This document shows positions 26,345 through 40,596 of a stretch of 64,000 bases of DNA, piece by piece. Position numbers and translations under genes: made by a program. Below the pieces are notes generated by a model that worked only from the letters and a program-made list of their open reading frames with translations, did not search any database and was not told the DNA's origin. This DNA is from Octopus sinensis (lineage: Eukaryota). The DNA is taken from positions 63,550,001-63,614,000 of the forward strand of contig NC_043009.1 of the NCBI RefSeq assembly GCF_006345805.1, given 5' to 3'. Within the stretch, counting starts at the first letter, position 1; each line of letters opens with the position of its first letter.

Positions 26345-27339
26345 TTTTATTCTGTGTTCTTAGGTTTCCTTCCTCTCTCCCTTCCTTCTTTCCTTCCTCT
26401 CTTCCTTCCTTCTTTCCTTTCTTCCTTCCTTCCTTCCTTCATTCATTCATTCACTCACTCATTCATTCATTCTTTTCTTTCTTCCTTCTTCCCATCAATC
26501 ACCGGAGTCCCGAAACGAATAAAAGGTCCCCGGTGCCAAACTTCCCCACCCTGAATAAACAATGAAGAGAAATGAATGTTTCTTCAGACCCGGGGAAAAG
26601 GAGATTTATATAAAGGACCCCATGACTAAGGGACGGACGATAAGCCTGACCTCGTTTTTTTGCCCAACCGGATTCTCACATCACCATCTTCGGTTGGTGG
26701 TGGTAGTGGTGGTGGTGGGGAGTCAACAAAATGAATGAAAACCAACCCCTTCCCTCCGCCACCCTTCAGACGATATTCTCTCTTGTACACTCTCTCTCCC
26801 CACCACTCACACGCCACAGATAGAAGTTAGGAGATTAGTTGACTGGTATCAATATACAATAACAGCGTCGAAATGTAAACCAAACGACATTGTAATGTTC
26901 TTACCACCACGCTGTTTACATTTTCCACCATCTTAAAATGACACGTGATCAACCGTATTATCCATTCCTATCCTACCACTTCCTTTTCTCTTTTACTCTC
27001 TCTCTCTCCCTCTCCCCCCTCTCTCTCTCTCCCCCTCCCCCTCTCTCTCTCTCTCATGCACACACACACACACATATATATATACATATACACATGCACA
27101 CACACATGACTATCAATACAGCATGGCAGTAGAGATATGTGATACCCCTAATAACGCGAAGATTAGATCTTTATATGCTTGACAACAGATGTATTCTGTG
27201 CTGCCCTCTGGTGGCCTTAATTCTTCCAGCTAATTACAAACACAAACTGGAGCAGATAATAACCGAATCCTGCTGACGAACGATTTTCTTTTGTTGGTTT
27301 ATTACAAAAAAGGGTAAAACTAAAATTGTTTTCAAATTT

Positions 27340-27872
27340 TGGTACAAAATCAGCAATTTCGGGGCAAGAAGTAAATCGATTGCAACAGTCCCCAGTACTC
27401 AACTGGTACTTATTTTATCGACACCAAAAAGCAGAGTCTACCGCAGCGGAATTTGAACTCACAGCGTAAAGATGAACAAAACACCGCTAAGCATTTTGTC
27501 CAGTGCGCTAACGATTCTGCCAGCTCGGCCTTTAAAATATTGATTTCAAATTTTGGCACAAGGCCAGCAATTTCTAGAGCCAGAGTAAGTCGATTGCATC
27601 GATCCCGAGTGCTCAGCTGGTACTTATTTTATTGACCCCGATTGGACGAAAGGCAAAGTCGACGCTGCGGAATTTGAACTCCGAGCGTAAAGATGGACGA
27701 AATGCTAACGATTCGGCCAGCTGGCCCTTCAAAATATTCTTTTCTACTCTAGGCACAAGACCCCATTTTTTTTTTTTTCGTAGGGAGCAGTCGATTAGAT
27801 CGACCCCAGTAGGCAACCGGTACTTAATTTATCGATCCTGAAAGGATGAAAGGCAAAGTCGACCTCGGCGGC
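27340..27872 (-). mobile_element. Cluster of three SINE family A copies or fragments
   Basis: Repeated GGTACTT..ATCGAC..GAATTTGAACTC motifs. Confidence 0.75.
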
Positions 27873-28914
27873 GTCCCTCAAAATATTAACAACGTTTCGG
27901 AACCTAACCCCTCTTTTTTCAGAAGTGAATCTAAATTCTACTGAAGCAGCCTTAGCTACATTTTAAGAAATATACGGTGGGTTCATGTTGGGTAACTTTA
28001 GATTGCTGGCGTATGTTTACTGGAATATACACTATAGTTTTGTTTCATTTGGATATCTATACAAATCCCAATGAGTTTTGGCTCCATCGTCACTCAGTCC
28101 ATAAACTAAATATTGATAACATGCTGAATTCGAGCCAGTAATACTCAATATGAATCAACCTCGGAAATAACCCCGAGAGTAAAAATAATTTAAAGGATTA
28201 TTTCGAACAAGAGAAAGAATCTGATACGTATTCGAGGTGAAACAACCAGGTTTGCCTCAAATTTCTTTAATGACTCTTTGAAATTAATTCTTTTTTTTTT
28301 TTCTTTTTTTTTAATAAATGACCAAATCTGCCGAGAGATGCCTTACCAGTGATCTTCTGCTCCCCATATTAGGGAATCAGTGACAGGGACAACAACTATG
28401 TAGCCCCCAGAAAATATTTTTAAAAGAATTTTCTTTTTCTCCCGTTTCTCTTTAATTCCAATGTTTTCTGTCTTGGAATCGTTCTTTTATTTTCGTCTTT
28501 TTTTTCTTTTCTTTTCTTTTACAAACTCTTAACAAAACAAAGTCATATATCAACATAACAGAGCCGCTAACAGTATAGTAGAACGTTCGTACCCAGGTAA
28601 GGGAGAGGGTAGTCGTTGTTGCTTTAATTATTCCCTCACCCAACATATACGCTCCGTAGCAAGGGTGCCGGTGTTAGACCGCACCTCGCAGTTAGCTGCC
28701 ATCTGAAATAACACAAGTCTTGTTTCTCGTTTTACATACACTCTCTTCCATAAATACGCTGTTATCTTTGACATCCTTAGGGTGGGCTCTTTGCTGATGG
28801 TGGGCATTGGTGAGAAGCGGGAAGGTTGGTTCCATGAAAATTATACCCTTTTTCGATTTCTCCTGAAGCGTTCAAAATATATTTGAACGCTAATTGTTAA
28901 TTATCCTTTTAACT

Positions 28915-29303
28915 ATAGGCACAAGGCCTGAAATTTGGGGTGAGTGGGCTAGTCGATTACATTTACGCCAGTGCGTAACTGGTACTTATTTAATCGACCC
29001 CGAAAGGATGAAAGGCAAAGTCGACCTCGGCGGAATTTGAACTCAGAACGTAGCAGCAGACGAAATACCTATTTCTTTACTACCCACAAGGGGCTAAACA
29101 CAGACAGGACAGACAAGGATAGACAAACGGATCAAGTCAATTACATCGACCCCAGTGCGTAACTGGTACTTATTTAATCGACCCCGAAAGGATGAAAGGC
29201 AAAGTCGACCTCGGCGGAATTCGAACTCAGAACGTAGCGGCAGACGAAATATCACTAAGCATTTCGCCCGGCGTGCTAACGATCCTGCTAGCTCGCCGCC
29301 TTA
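28915..29303 (-). mobile_element. SINE family A with a duplicated body module
   Basis: Consensus match with two body modules. Confidence 0.85.
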
Positions 29304-29327
29304 CGCTAATTTTTAATATTTTATTTT

Positions 29328-29545
29328 TAAGGCAGCGAGCTGGCAAAAACGTGAGCTCGCCGGGCGAAATGTTTAGCAGAATTTCGTCTGCCGCTACGTT
29401 CTGAGTTCAAATTCCGCCGAGGTCGACTTTGCCTTTCATCCTTTTGGGATCGATAAATTAAGTACCGGTTGCGTACTGAGATCGATCTAATCGACTGGCC
29501 CCCTCCCCCAAAATTTCGGGCCTTTTGTCGAGAGTAGAAAAGAGT
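29328..29545 (+). mobile_element. SINE family A, head-to-head with the previous copy
   Basis: Consensus match, 24 nt from the inverted neighbour. Confidence 0.85.
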
Positions 29546-30640
29546 AATATTTTATTTTTATGTCAAATCTGAGTTTTTGACTCTCTATTAAGTTTATACG
29601 AGGTGGTCATCCGAATTCCTCGATTTTCGAACCACAGTACACACATTCTCCATATTCAGACCAAATTTAAATTGTCCACCTTCGCTAGGACCATTTCCAA
29701 AATCTAGAGTCTCAACGCGGTCATTTGACCTGCTAGAAAAAGCAACCAAGTCTCCCTAAAACTATACCATACCGCCTTAAAGCAGAAGAAACATTTGACA
29801 ATTTAGTCCTAGATATACAAAAAAAAAAAAAAAGACGTGATGGTCAATTCTTGAATCACTTTGACCATATATCTGCTTGATTAGTTGTGAGCTGGCGATA
29901 TGTAGCAAAAGCAACAAATTGGACAGTGGAGAGAGTACCTCTTCATTCTGCCATACATGACCACCTACAATCAACCAGTGTGTGTATAGATGCTGGCAGA
30001 TTTTGTTCAGTCAGGGCTTGCCTAGGGCTACATAACAGCACCAGCAATAACTACGTCAAGTCAAGATATGCAGTGCTCTTTTCCGATCGAGTATAACAAG
30101 AGCTTTGGATACGAGGGTTGCATCATGACAGTCAATCAACCACCACAAGGTACGTCCGATTAGACGTACCTTGTGATTGTTGTACCTAGTTGCCACCGGA
30201 GAAGGTGTTACAAGCATGTAGCATTCTAAATAAGGGGCCTGCCATCACGGAACGTGAAAATTGTCATGCCGTCAGGCCTTTTACTGTAACCTTGGTATAG
30301 CCCCTGGTCCGAGCTAGGAAGGGAAACCTACGATGTCTAGGGCATGCGTTATTATCTCATTGAGAACAGCATGGCTTGAGTTATTTCCCTTAGTTCACTT
30401 TTTTGTAAATGAGAAATAAATGAACAAGTTGAAAACACCATAAAAACGAACGCTTAAACTCTCCGTCTTTCGTTCTACTTTACCACCAGATTTAATCCGT
30501 AATTCCCTTCCACGAGTATTCGTGCCATTTTCAATGTCTTAAATACGATTTCAAGTCTGCATTACTCCGAGGAGTTACTTGAAACACGACTGGTTCTGCA
30601 CTGCAGTTCTGACGATTACGGACATCCTTTCTCTCTCTCA

Positions 30641-30904
<264 letters not shown>

Positions 30905-30911
30905 TTAATAA

Positions 30912-30973
<62 letters not shown>

Positions 30974-31065
30974 AGGGGAAAGGATACAGAGCAGATATAT
31001 TTATCAGAGAAACAGACAGAAAGGCAGACAGACAGACTGACAGATAGACAGACAGACAGACAGAC

Positions 31066-31115
<50 letters not shown>

Positions 31116-31166
31116 GACAGACAGACAGACAGACAGACGGACGGAGGACGGACGGACGGACGGACG

Positions 31167-31199
<33 letters not shown>

Positions 31200-31319
31200 T
31201 AGATAGACAGATAGATAGATAGATAGATAGATGGACGGACGGACGGACGGACGGACGGACGACGGACGGACAGCAGACAGACAGAGACAGACAGACAGAT
31301 AGATAGATAGATAGATAGC

Positions 31320-31351
<32 letters not shown>

Positions 31352-31494
31352 CAGATAGACGGACGGACGGACGGACGGACGGACGGACGGAAGACAGACA
31401 GACAGACAGACAGACGACAGACAGATAGATATAGTAGATAGATAGATAGATAGATAGATAGATGATAGATAGATAGATAGACAGATAGACAGAC

Positions 31495-31578
<84 letters not shown>

Positions 31579-31770
31579 CAGACAGCTGTGGCGCACAAGA
31601 ACACTTTTGACTGTTTTTATACATAACATGTCTTCGCCCTGATTTCATCTTTGTTATTCACTGCGTAGTTTTAAATTTCAAAACACATCACTCCTAAATG
31701 ACACGACACTGCACAAACACAATAATTATGAGGATAATTAACTTCAATTAATGCTTTAAAGAATTTATGT

Positions 31771-31985
31771 ATAGACGCAGGAGTGATTGTGTGGGAAGTA
31801 GCTTGCTTACCATCCACATGGTTCCAGGTTCAGTCCCACTGCGTGACACTTTGGGCAAGTGTCTTCTACTATAGCCTCGCACCGAACAGAACTTTGTGAG
31901 TGGATTTGGTAGACGGAAACTTAAAGAAGACCCTCGTATGTATATATATATATACAAATATATATATATATACACACACACACAC
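31771..31985 (+). mobile_element. SINE family B, 5' half
   Basis: Head through the internal microsatellite. A 3' half occurs at about 32870-33116. Confidence 0.75.
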
Positions 31986-32659
31986 TAGCTGAGGTACCCG
32001 GTAATTCCCAGGGAAGCGGGGCTTATCTGTTGGTTCCGTTCTCATAATTGTTTCACTAATCCAATAACAACAATACAAAGTATGTAGCCCTTAAACCGGG
32101 TTTTTTTTTTGCATTTACAGAGAATACCGGACTGTCTTACACAGGATCTTGTTTTTAAGAATTCCCAATAAGTTATGAATATCCAAATTGTGAAGTCAGT
32201 TAATAACATGAAATTAGTTACCCGATAGCAAGAATTCAAATAAAGTAGCCCCGAAAAGAGCTTTAATGCGTTCCCAGAGTATATAGAAATTAGGAGCAAA
32301 TACTAATAAGGTATGTATACTAAAATCGTGAAGCATGTTACGTAATAACAGGCTAATCAGATGTGAGATAATAACAATTCAAAGTAAATAACTCTGAAAA
32401 GGGCTTTTGTGCATTCCCAGAGAATATTACCCTCAGCGACGCTAGTGTTGGTATATTCGTGAATAAGTCGCTAACCTAAATAAGTGGATCTATTTTTTAA
32501 GAAAATACTATTTACTTGTTTAAGGGTTGTACTGGATAAATTGCGAAAATAACTCAACAGTTCAAATACTAAGAAATAAACATACTCAATTTGATTTATA
32601 ACAAATAATATAGGAAAATGAATGGGTTATATCCCCCGGCTGTTAAAATGAAATATATT

Positions 32660-32694
<35 letters not shown>

Positions 32695-32866
32695 CCCTTC
32701 CAGGGGCCCTATTATTGATTTTTTCAACAATCTGAGTATGTCATGATGTTTCCAGACATGAGTTCTACTCACGTGTCAAGTTTCATCAAAATCGATAAAA
32801 CTATGTAGGAGGAGTTAGATAACAACACCACACATACACCCAAAGACAGAATTTTCCACATATGTG

Positions 32867-32917
<51 letters not shown>

Positions 32918-33264
32918 GTGTGGTGTGTGCGTGTGTGTGTGTGTGTTTGTCCCCCCAACATCGCTTGACAACCTTAGCGGTTCGGCAAAATAGACCGATA
33001 GAATAAGTACTAGGCTTACAAAGAATAAGTCCTGGGGTCGATTTGCTCGACTAAATGCGGTGCTCCAGCATGGCCGCAGTCAAATGGCTGAAACAAGTAA
33101 AAGAGTAAAAGAGTATATGCTTATAGTATGCATGTATATATATCTATATCTGTGTGTGTGTGTGCGTGCGTGCATGTATTGTATAGTATATATGTATATA
33201 TGCTCATTGTATTTATGTATATGTGTTTATATATGTATGTGTGTTTATATATGTATGTGTGTGT

Positions 33265-33540
33265 CTGTGTGCATCGCCTGGCCCCGTGCCGGTGACACGT
33301 AAAAGCACCATCCGTTCGTGGCCGTTTGCCAGCTCTGTCTGGCACCTGTGCAGGTGGCACGTAAAAAGCACCCACTACACTCACGGAGTGGTTGGCGTCA
33401 GGAAGGGCATCCAGCCGTAGAAACACTGCCAGATCTGACTGGGCCTGATGAAGCCTTCCAGCTTCACAGACCCCAGTTGAACCATCCAACCCATGCCAGC
33501 ATGGAAAGCGGACGCTAAATGATGATGATGATGATGATGA
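33265..33540 (+). mobile_element. SINE/RTE-type 3' segment ending in (TGA)n
   Basis: GTTGGCGTCAGGAAGGGCATCCAGCC...GGACGCTAAATGATGATG. A related reverse copy lies at about 35010-35230. Confidence 0.6.
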
Positions 33541-33942
33541 TGTTTATATATGCGTGTATGTGTGTGTGGTGTATTTGTGTGTGTGTGCGTAATATTTGTG
33601 GGCCTGTGCTTGTCTTTCTGCGCCGGTTAACTCAAAAGTTACGAAAGGAGTACCTAGAAAACCGCATGCATCATAATTTACCATCCATCTTTACAGCATC
33701 AATCTGTTTGGATTCGTTCTGAAATATGTGTAAACAGGTATTATGCGAGCGCGCTCGTAAGTGGGTGTCTTCGTGTGTGTGTGTGTGTGTGTTGTGTGTG
33801 TGTGTGTGTTGAGGGCGTCCCATGATTGATGTATGTATATTCTGGCAACATAAACAGACAAAAACCAGCTGGACTGAACTGGGTTATAATCCAAAAAGAA
33901 CGCCAACATTCTCTGTAATCATTATATATGTACGTGTGTGTG

Positions 33943-34021
<79 letters not shown>

Positions 34022-34163
34022 TATATGTATGTATGTTATATATATATGTATATATATAATTATATATATATATATACATATATATATATAATAACTGTAT
34101 ATAATATGCATGTATATACATACATATATATAGAAAGACACACACACACCACACACACACACC

Positions 34164-34199
<36 letters not shown>

Positions 34200-34203
34200 T
34201 ATG

Positions 34204-34296
<93 letters not shown>

Positions 34297-34458
34297 TATA
34301 TATATAATATATATATATATATAATATACATATATACATATATATACATATATATATATACATACATATATATGTATATATGCATACATATATGCATATA
34401 TATATGCATATATACACGCACACAGATACATACAAATATTTATGTTTATGTATGTATG

Positions 34459-34489
<31 letters not shown>

Positions 34490-34633
34490 GTATGTATACA
34501 TGTATGCATGTATGTATGCATGTATGTATGTATGTATGCATGTACCAAATGTATTTGTGTTATTAAAAGGAAGTTGCACAAGAATGAAGATAAACTGACA
34601 GACAGACAGACAAGCTGAGGGATTCTTGCTCAC

Positions 34634-34878
34634 CTTTGGAGATGGAACCACAGAAAAAGTGTTCATTATGCGATCTGGGTACTCTTCTCGAATCTTGCTA
34701 ATAAGCAGGGTTCCAAGTCCTGCACCGGTTCCACCTCCCAAAGAATGTGTCAGCTGGAAGCCTTGTATGCAGTCGCAACTTTCTGCCTCTTTTCGAACGA
34801 CGTCCAGCACCGAATCTATAAGTTCTGCTCCTTCTGTATAATGGCCTTTCGCCCAGTTGTTACCAGCGCCACTTTGAC
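34634..34878 (-). CDS. TUBB: Beta-tubulin exon 4 (codons 93-174)
   Basis: cttccag|(G)[81 protein letters not shown]|gtgagc. The exon is 245 nt and contains the tubulin signature GGGTG[SA]G. Confidence 0.97.
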
Positions 34879-35696
34879 CTGGAAGAGAAATTTATGAATT
34901 ATAGTCGATAACAGCTTTCATCAATATATAGGAACCATCAAATTATACGTGATGTAGTTAGTGTTTCAAATTCTACAGCCGATTTTTATTTATAAAATCC
35001 TCATCACCATAATCATCATCATCGTCGTCGTCGTTTTAACGTCCACTTTCCCATGCATTCATGGGGGTCAAAACGGGTTTTAACGAGTCAGATTTTCTTC
35101 GGCCGGATGCCCTTTCTGTCGTCAACCCTCACACGTTTCCAAGCGAGGCAACTCTTGTTTTCACGAAGGGCTGGAACCAAAAAAGCACCACTTGAAGAGT
35201 GACACTCGTTTACAACTATCACACGACGTCGAGACAAGGGCACACACACACGCACACAAACTCACACTCTCTCACACACACAAATGCACACACATGCACA
35301 CACGCAGATATATATACACATGCACCCAACCATATACATATATATGTGTGTGTGGAGAGACAGAGAAAGAGAGAGAGAGAACATGGGCCTTGACTTGATA
35401 CTTCCTTATATCAAGTGCTACATATGTTTCAGTATCCAGTAACACATGATGTTACACAATAAATACAACCAGTCGTTGCACCCTACAGAGTCTGTCTAAG
35501 TACAGTCAAGTATCATATTGTAGTTCCTTGTTGCTTTCGGCTGCAACGACCTTCTCCACAATATAATGACTATGGTGTGAACGCTTAAGAGTTTCTGTAA
35601 TACAATAACATTTTTGAAATCATATATAAGACGGATAACAATGAAAAGATAGCGTTTAGCAAAGTTCTACAATGCAAAATACAACTAAGAAGTATT

Positions 35697-35734
<38 letters not shown>

Positions 35735-37822
35735 GTAAGAGAGGGAGAGAGAGAGAAGGGGAGGGGAGGGGAGATAGAGGCAGACAGATCGACAGACAGA
35801 CAGGGATTTCAACGTATTGAATTTAAAATATTATATCAAGAGAAAAATGGGAAATTGAATTTGGCGCTGATCTGCGTAAATGCATGAGGAAAGTGAAAAG
35901 AGTGTGACATGCGCAGATGGGTAGTGTTTTATGAGCCAATCAACGTCATGTGTGTGCGTGTGTGCGTGTGTGTGTGTGTGTCTGCATGTGTGTACATTTC
36001 GCCCGGCGTGCTAACGTTTCTGCCAGCTTACCGCCTTCATATATGTATAATGGAAAAGTACAGAGGGACGGCAAAAAAAAATTACGACAAAACCAAGAAA
36101 AACATACATATATAAAGAGAGAGGGGGATACGGGGAGGAAGGGAGAGTGGGGGAAGAGAGGAGAGGGGGAGAAGATGGGTATTGTTCCCTCTGGGTTGGA
36201 TGCCACCAGTGCACACAACAAATTAATGCGCACTCCATAGGTTTGTTGCCTAAAATAAAGCAATAATTAATAATTGTATTTATCATTTATTATATTATTG
36301 TTTATTACCAACATCTATTTATTACATATTCACTGTATGAATATATTTGGCAGGGGAGAAATGTGCAACGTAAGATTCTGTGCACCCCAACTACTAAAAA
36401 TTAAAAGGAAAAATTGAACCCCTGGGGATGTGTTTATATTATATCTATGGCGCCTGGACCCTTTGATGGATTTCATCCAAACCGGAAGTCGTATATTAAG
36501 ATGAATTATATTTAGATATGAACCGAAGAAACGTGTGTCTGTTTGGGTGAAATAGAACAGATTATCAAAACTGAAGGATAGAAACGCTGAATTTAAATTA
36601 TTTTAATAGCTTAGCCGAGATATAAACACAGACGCACTAAATGACTGGTACATTATAAGGAAGTGTCTTACGTGATGCCAGACACAACAATAACTACGAC
36701 TGCAACGAGATATTTAACTAAAACAACCCAAATATTATAGAGTCAACAACAGTAAAATCAAATAAAAACAATGAAATCTGATATTGGGTTTTAGATAATA
36801 AATAAAAAGAAAACGAAATGATTAAGAGAAACTATGGTGTTTGTTTTAAAATGGCTGCAGTATACTTCCGGTAAAGTCAGTTTTGCAAGTAAAGAGGTTT
36901 TGTGTACATGTAACATATGCTGTGGCAGTTAGTGCGGTGTTTAATTATTTATCTGACGTTCCTAAGCTGCATTCGCCATTCGTTTCTACACGTTTTAATG
37001 CATTTGTTTATTTTCTTCTGCTGTTGCTAAAACTGATCACGCCCTCAAATACTTATGGTTTATGGTTGTTGGCATTGACTTCTGACACAAAACTTTGCGA
37101 GGGTGAGAAAAGAAGTAACTTTAAACACACACACACACGCACACAAGACGGAGGAGTCAGACAAGAGTCCGAGAGTCAAATTGAGAGTACAGAATCAGAA
37201 AGACTAACAGTGAAGTAGACAGACACATACAGTAAAGAATGCCTCGATGTACGAATTAATTTGTTCCCGGAGACCGATCGTATCGTAAAGCAGAGCAATG
37301 ATTTCTCATAGTAGCAAAGTTATATGAATCGTAATTCGTTCCCAGAAAAATATTTTACCAGTAAAATTTATAATACTCGTAAATAAATGGCAATAAAACA
37401 ACAGTAGAATGTAAAGAATATTTTATGTAAAGTAAAAATAATGTCAAGATCATTTATAATTAAAAAAAATATTATTATCATAATCATTTTCTGAATCACT
37501 TTCACTCGCACTAGACTCGTGCACACCATCACATGTAGACGCGATTGCCGATTCACAAGTACTCGTAGACAGACTTGTAGATTTCTTTTTAAAAACGAGT
37601 CTAGAGTTGTTTGCTTAGAAGAGGCTTTTTTTTTTTTTCGCTCTCTATAAATTTCTCGGTAACACCCAAAAGCAATTGTTATGGTAGTAGAAACTTGTGC
37701 ACTTCGTTCAAAATTTGGATCTTGCGCTTGAAAAATTTATTATAAAATAAAACTCGTAAACCCAGGGTCTCGTAAAGTGAGATATTACTGCATATGCTGA
37801 CAGACAGATAAGTACACAGATA

Positions 37823-38212
37823 CTGTGGAGGCGCAATGGCCCACTGGTTAGGGCCGCGGACTCGCGGTCATAGGATCGCGGTTTCGATTCCCAGACCGGG
37901 CGTTGTGAGTGTTTATTGAGCGAAAACACCTAAAAAGCTCCACGAGGCTCCGGCAGGGGATGGTGGTGATCCCTGCTGTACTCTTTCACCACAACTTTCT
38001 CTCACCCTTACTTCCTGTTTCTGTTGTACCTGTATTTCAAAGGGCCGACCTTGTCACTCTCTGTGTCACGCTGAATATCCCCGAGAACTACGTTAAGGGT
38101 ACACGTGTCTGTGGAGTGCTCAGCCATTTATACGTTAATTTCACGAGCAGGCTGTTCCGTTGATTCGGATCAACCGGAACCCTCGTCGCCGTAACCGACG
38201 GAGTGCTTCCAC
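37823..38212 (+). mobile_element. tRNA-derived SINE family C
   Basis: Head GGAGGCGCAATGGCCCA.TGGTTAGGG...GGTTTCGATTCCC. Highly similar to 63256-63633. Confidence 0.85.
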
Positions 38213-38499
38213 CACCACACAGATACTCAAGTAGAAAAGCAATTAGATACAGGGGACAGGTAATTAGAAAGGCAATGAGATACAGGGGACAGACAGTCAG
38301 ACAGATGCTCAGCCAAGCAGACGGAGAGAGAAAAACTATTGGACTGACAAGTTAAATCAGCGATTCCTAACCATTTTTCTTTCCATCTGGACCATCTTGG
38401 TCCTTATTTTATTCAGCTGTATTCCCTAATCCATTCGATGTTTTAAAAAATCCCATTTTATTTTTTAAATTAATTATTGAGAATTCTTTCTTTTATCTT

Positions 38500-39186
38500 T
38501 TTGTTTCTGTCATTGGACTGCGGTCATGCTGTAGCACCGCCTCGAAGAATTATTAGTCAAATGAATCGACCCAGGACTTCCTTTGTTTTTTTTTAATTTT
38601 ATTTTTAAGACTGGTACTTATTCTATCGGTCCCTTATACCGCACCGTTAAGTTACGGGGACATAAACACACCAACACCATTTCTCAACTAGTGGTAGGGA
38701 CAAAGACACACACACATATATATGTATACATGCATATATACATATATACATATATATACATATATGTGTGGGGTGGGGACCACGTGTGTATCGTTGGCGA
38801 TTTTCTTTCTCCGTCTGCCCTTCTTTGGACTTTTTCTATATTTCTGATGAAGAGCTCCGCTCGAAACGTGAAATCCTCTTTCTTTTCTTTCCTTTCCTGG
38901 GCGTCCAATAACCCTGTACTTATTCCACATCCTCGTGTTATTGTTTTTTCTTGCTTGTTCATGTTTGGATTGACTACACACACACACACACACACACACA
39001 CCACACACAAATATATATATATACGACGAGCTTCTTTCAGTTTCCGTCTACCAAATCCGCTCACAATGCTTTGGTCGGCCTGAGACTGTAATAGAAGCCA
39101 CTTGGCTAAAGTGCCACGTAGTGGGACTGAACTCGGAACCATGTGGTTGAGAAGCAAGCTCCTTACCACTCAGTCACTCCTGCGCC
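38500..39186 (-). mobile_element. SINE family B carrying a Penelope-like fragment in its microsatellite
   Basis: Consensus halves flank an unrelated segment of about 210 bp (38765-38975). Confidence 0.8.
38840..38874 (+). ncRNA. Minimal hammerhead motif in a Penelope-like terminal fragment
   Basis: ATTT-CTGATGA-A-GAGC-TCC-GCTC-GAAA-CGT-G-AAAT. Stems I and II pair, but G occupies the cleavage position. Confidence 0.6.
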
Positions 39187-40596
39187 TAATTGTATTTAAA
39201 AAATTGTTTAAATATTTTGTGTATTTTAGAAGCATAACTAATTTATTGCAGATAAACTTTAACAGCGAAATCTTATACGGATCCTTAAGGGTCGAGTGGA
39301 CCCCAGTTGAGAAACACTGAGATAAATAGTCCGATAGATATGGTAAAATCGGAAATCCATAGAAACTGTAGTAAGGAATCTAAGGGTCTACATTTTGGCC
39401 TTTCGTCAGAGAGTGAGGAAGAGAGAAAATGTGTTGGAAAATTGGTGTCGCTTTTGGTTGCAGATTAACTAGAAAAAAAAACAATTGCGCGGATTGCGGC
39501 TGCATTTTATCTTTCTAACTCTTGCACCAAGGGCAAGAACTTGATACATTAGACACTTCAATCTCCTACAAAAAGTCCGATAAATAGACAGAGAGTCAAT
39601 CAGTCAAGAGGAGAAGTGGACATGCAAGCAGGCAGAAAAGCAGACAAACAGACAGGTGCGCATGCATACAGACGGTCGATCAGACAGGAAACAGGAGCAT
39701 AAGACAGTACACAGGACACAAGAGCTTGAGGGTAGACAGTTTAAAGTAACAACTCATTAAGGCTAACATAAAGAGAACCATACTAAGAAAGCTTCTGATG
39801 TAATCCGATGAGATGAAAGGCCAGGGTGTGGTAAAATGGAAATAATCAAATTTGACTTGGTGTTCCGATACCCAACGTTTTGAAATGTGATAACAACATT
39901 CTGATTAGAGGCAACCCATTAGGCCATCATTCTGATAAACAGATTATAGTAAATGAGTGGACATTGAAAGGGTGAAAGGAAGATCGGTTGATTTTGAAAT
40001 AGGATAAAGCTGTTGCAAAAGATCTATTTGACAAGAATTCTTCCTGAAAACAGCGCATTTAGCTTTTAAAAAATGTTCTGGAATATCTTAAACAGATATC
40101 CTTGGAAAATATGTCTAACACATGGTCTATTTAGAGTTCAGGTGTTTTTTCTCAAGCAATAAACTAGATTTTATAAATATTTTTCACTCGGAAGTAGACT
40201 AAAAGTTACGTACAGATTCTATTTTTGAGTATATTCCAAATTTTAATTAAATAGTGTGGTTCTTATCCTAATACACTTTAGATAAATCTCGACTAAATAT
40301 CTTGTGGTTAACAACTTACAGCGGGGATAGTATGATAACATATCTCATGGCTAAAGAGATACGCCCGTCACTAGTAAAAGACTGATATTTAGTAAAAGAT
40401 ATTTTAGGAGGCGCGTATTTTTAGAGGTGTTTATACATCTTAAACGATGTTAATGATACAAGTGAAGCAGACTCAAACGAGAAGCGAAACTGAGTCTGAA
40501 ACTGAAGCATGGGAAGTTTGATATCGAACAATGGCAACGTTTGTTGGGAAGGGTTGTCGATTGAATAATACCAGCGGCTTCTTCTTCTTCACCCTT

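Larger units (their letters stand above)
38358..39319. mobile_element. hAT-like MITE interrupted by a SINE and a Penelope-like fragment
   Basis: Imperfect TIRs CAGCGATTCCTAAC and GTTGAGAAACACTG. The 8-bp flanks AGTTAAAT and AGATAAAT match at 7 of 8 positions. Confidence 0.6.
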
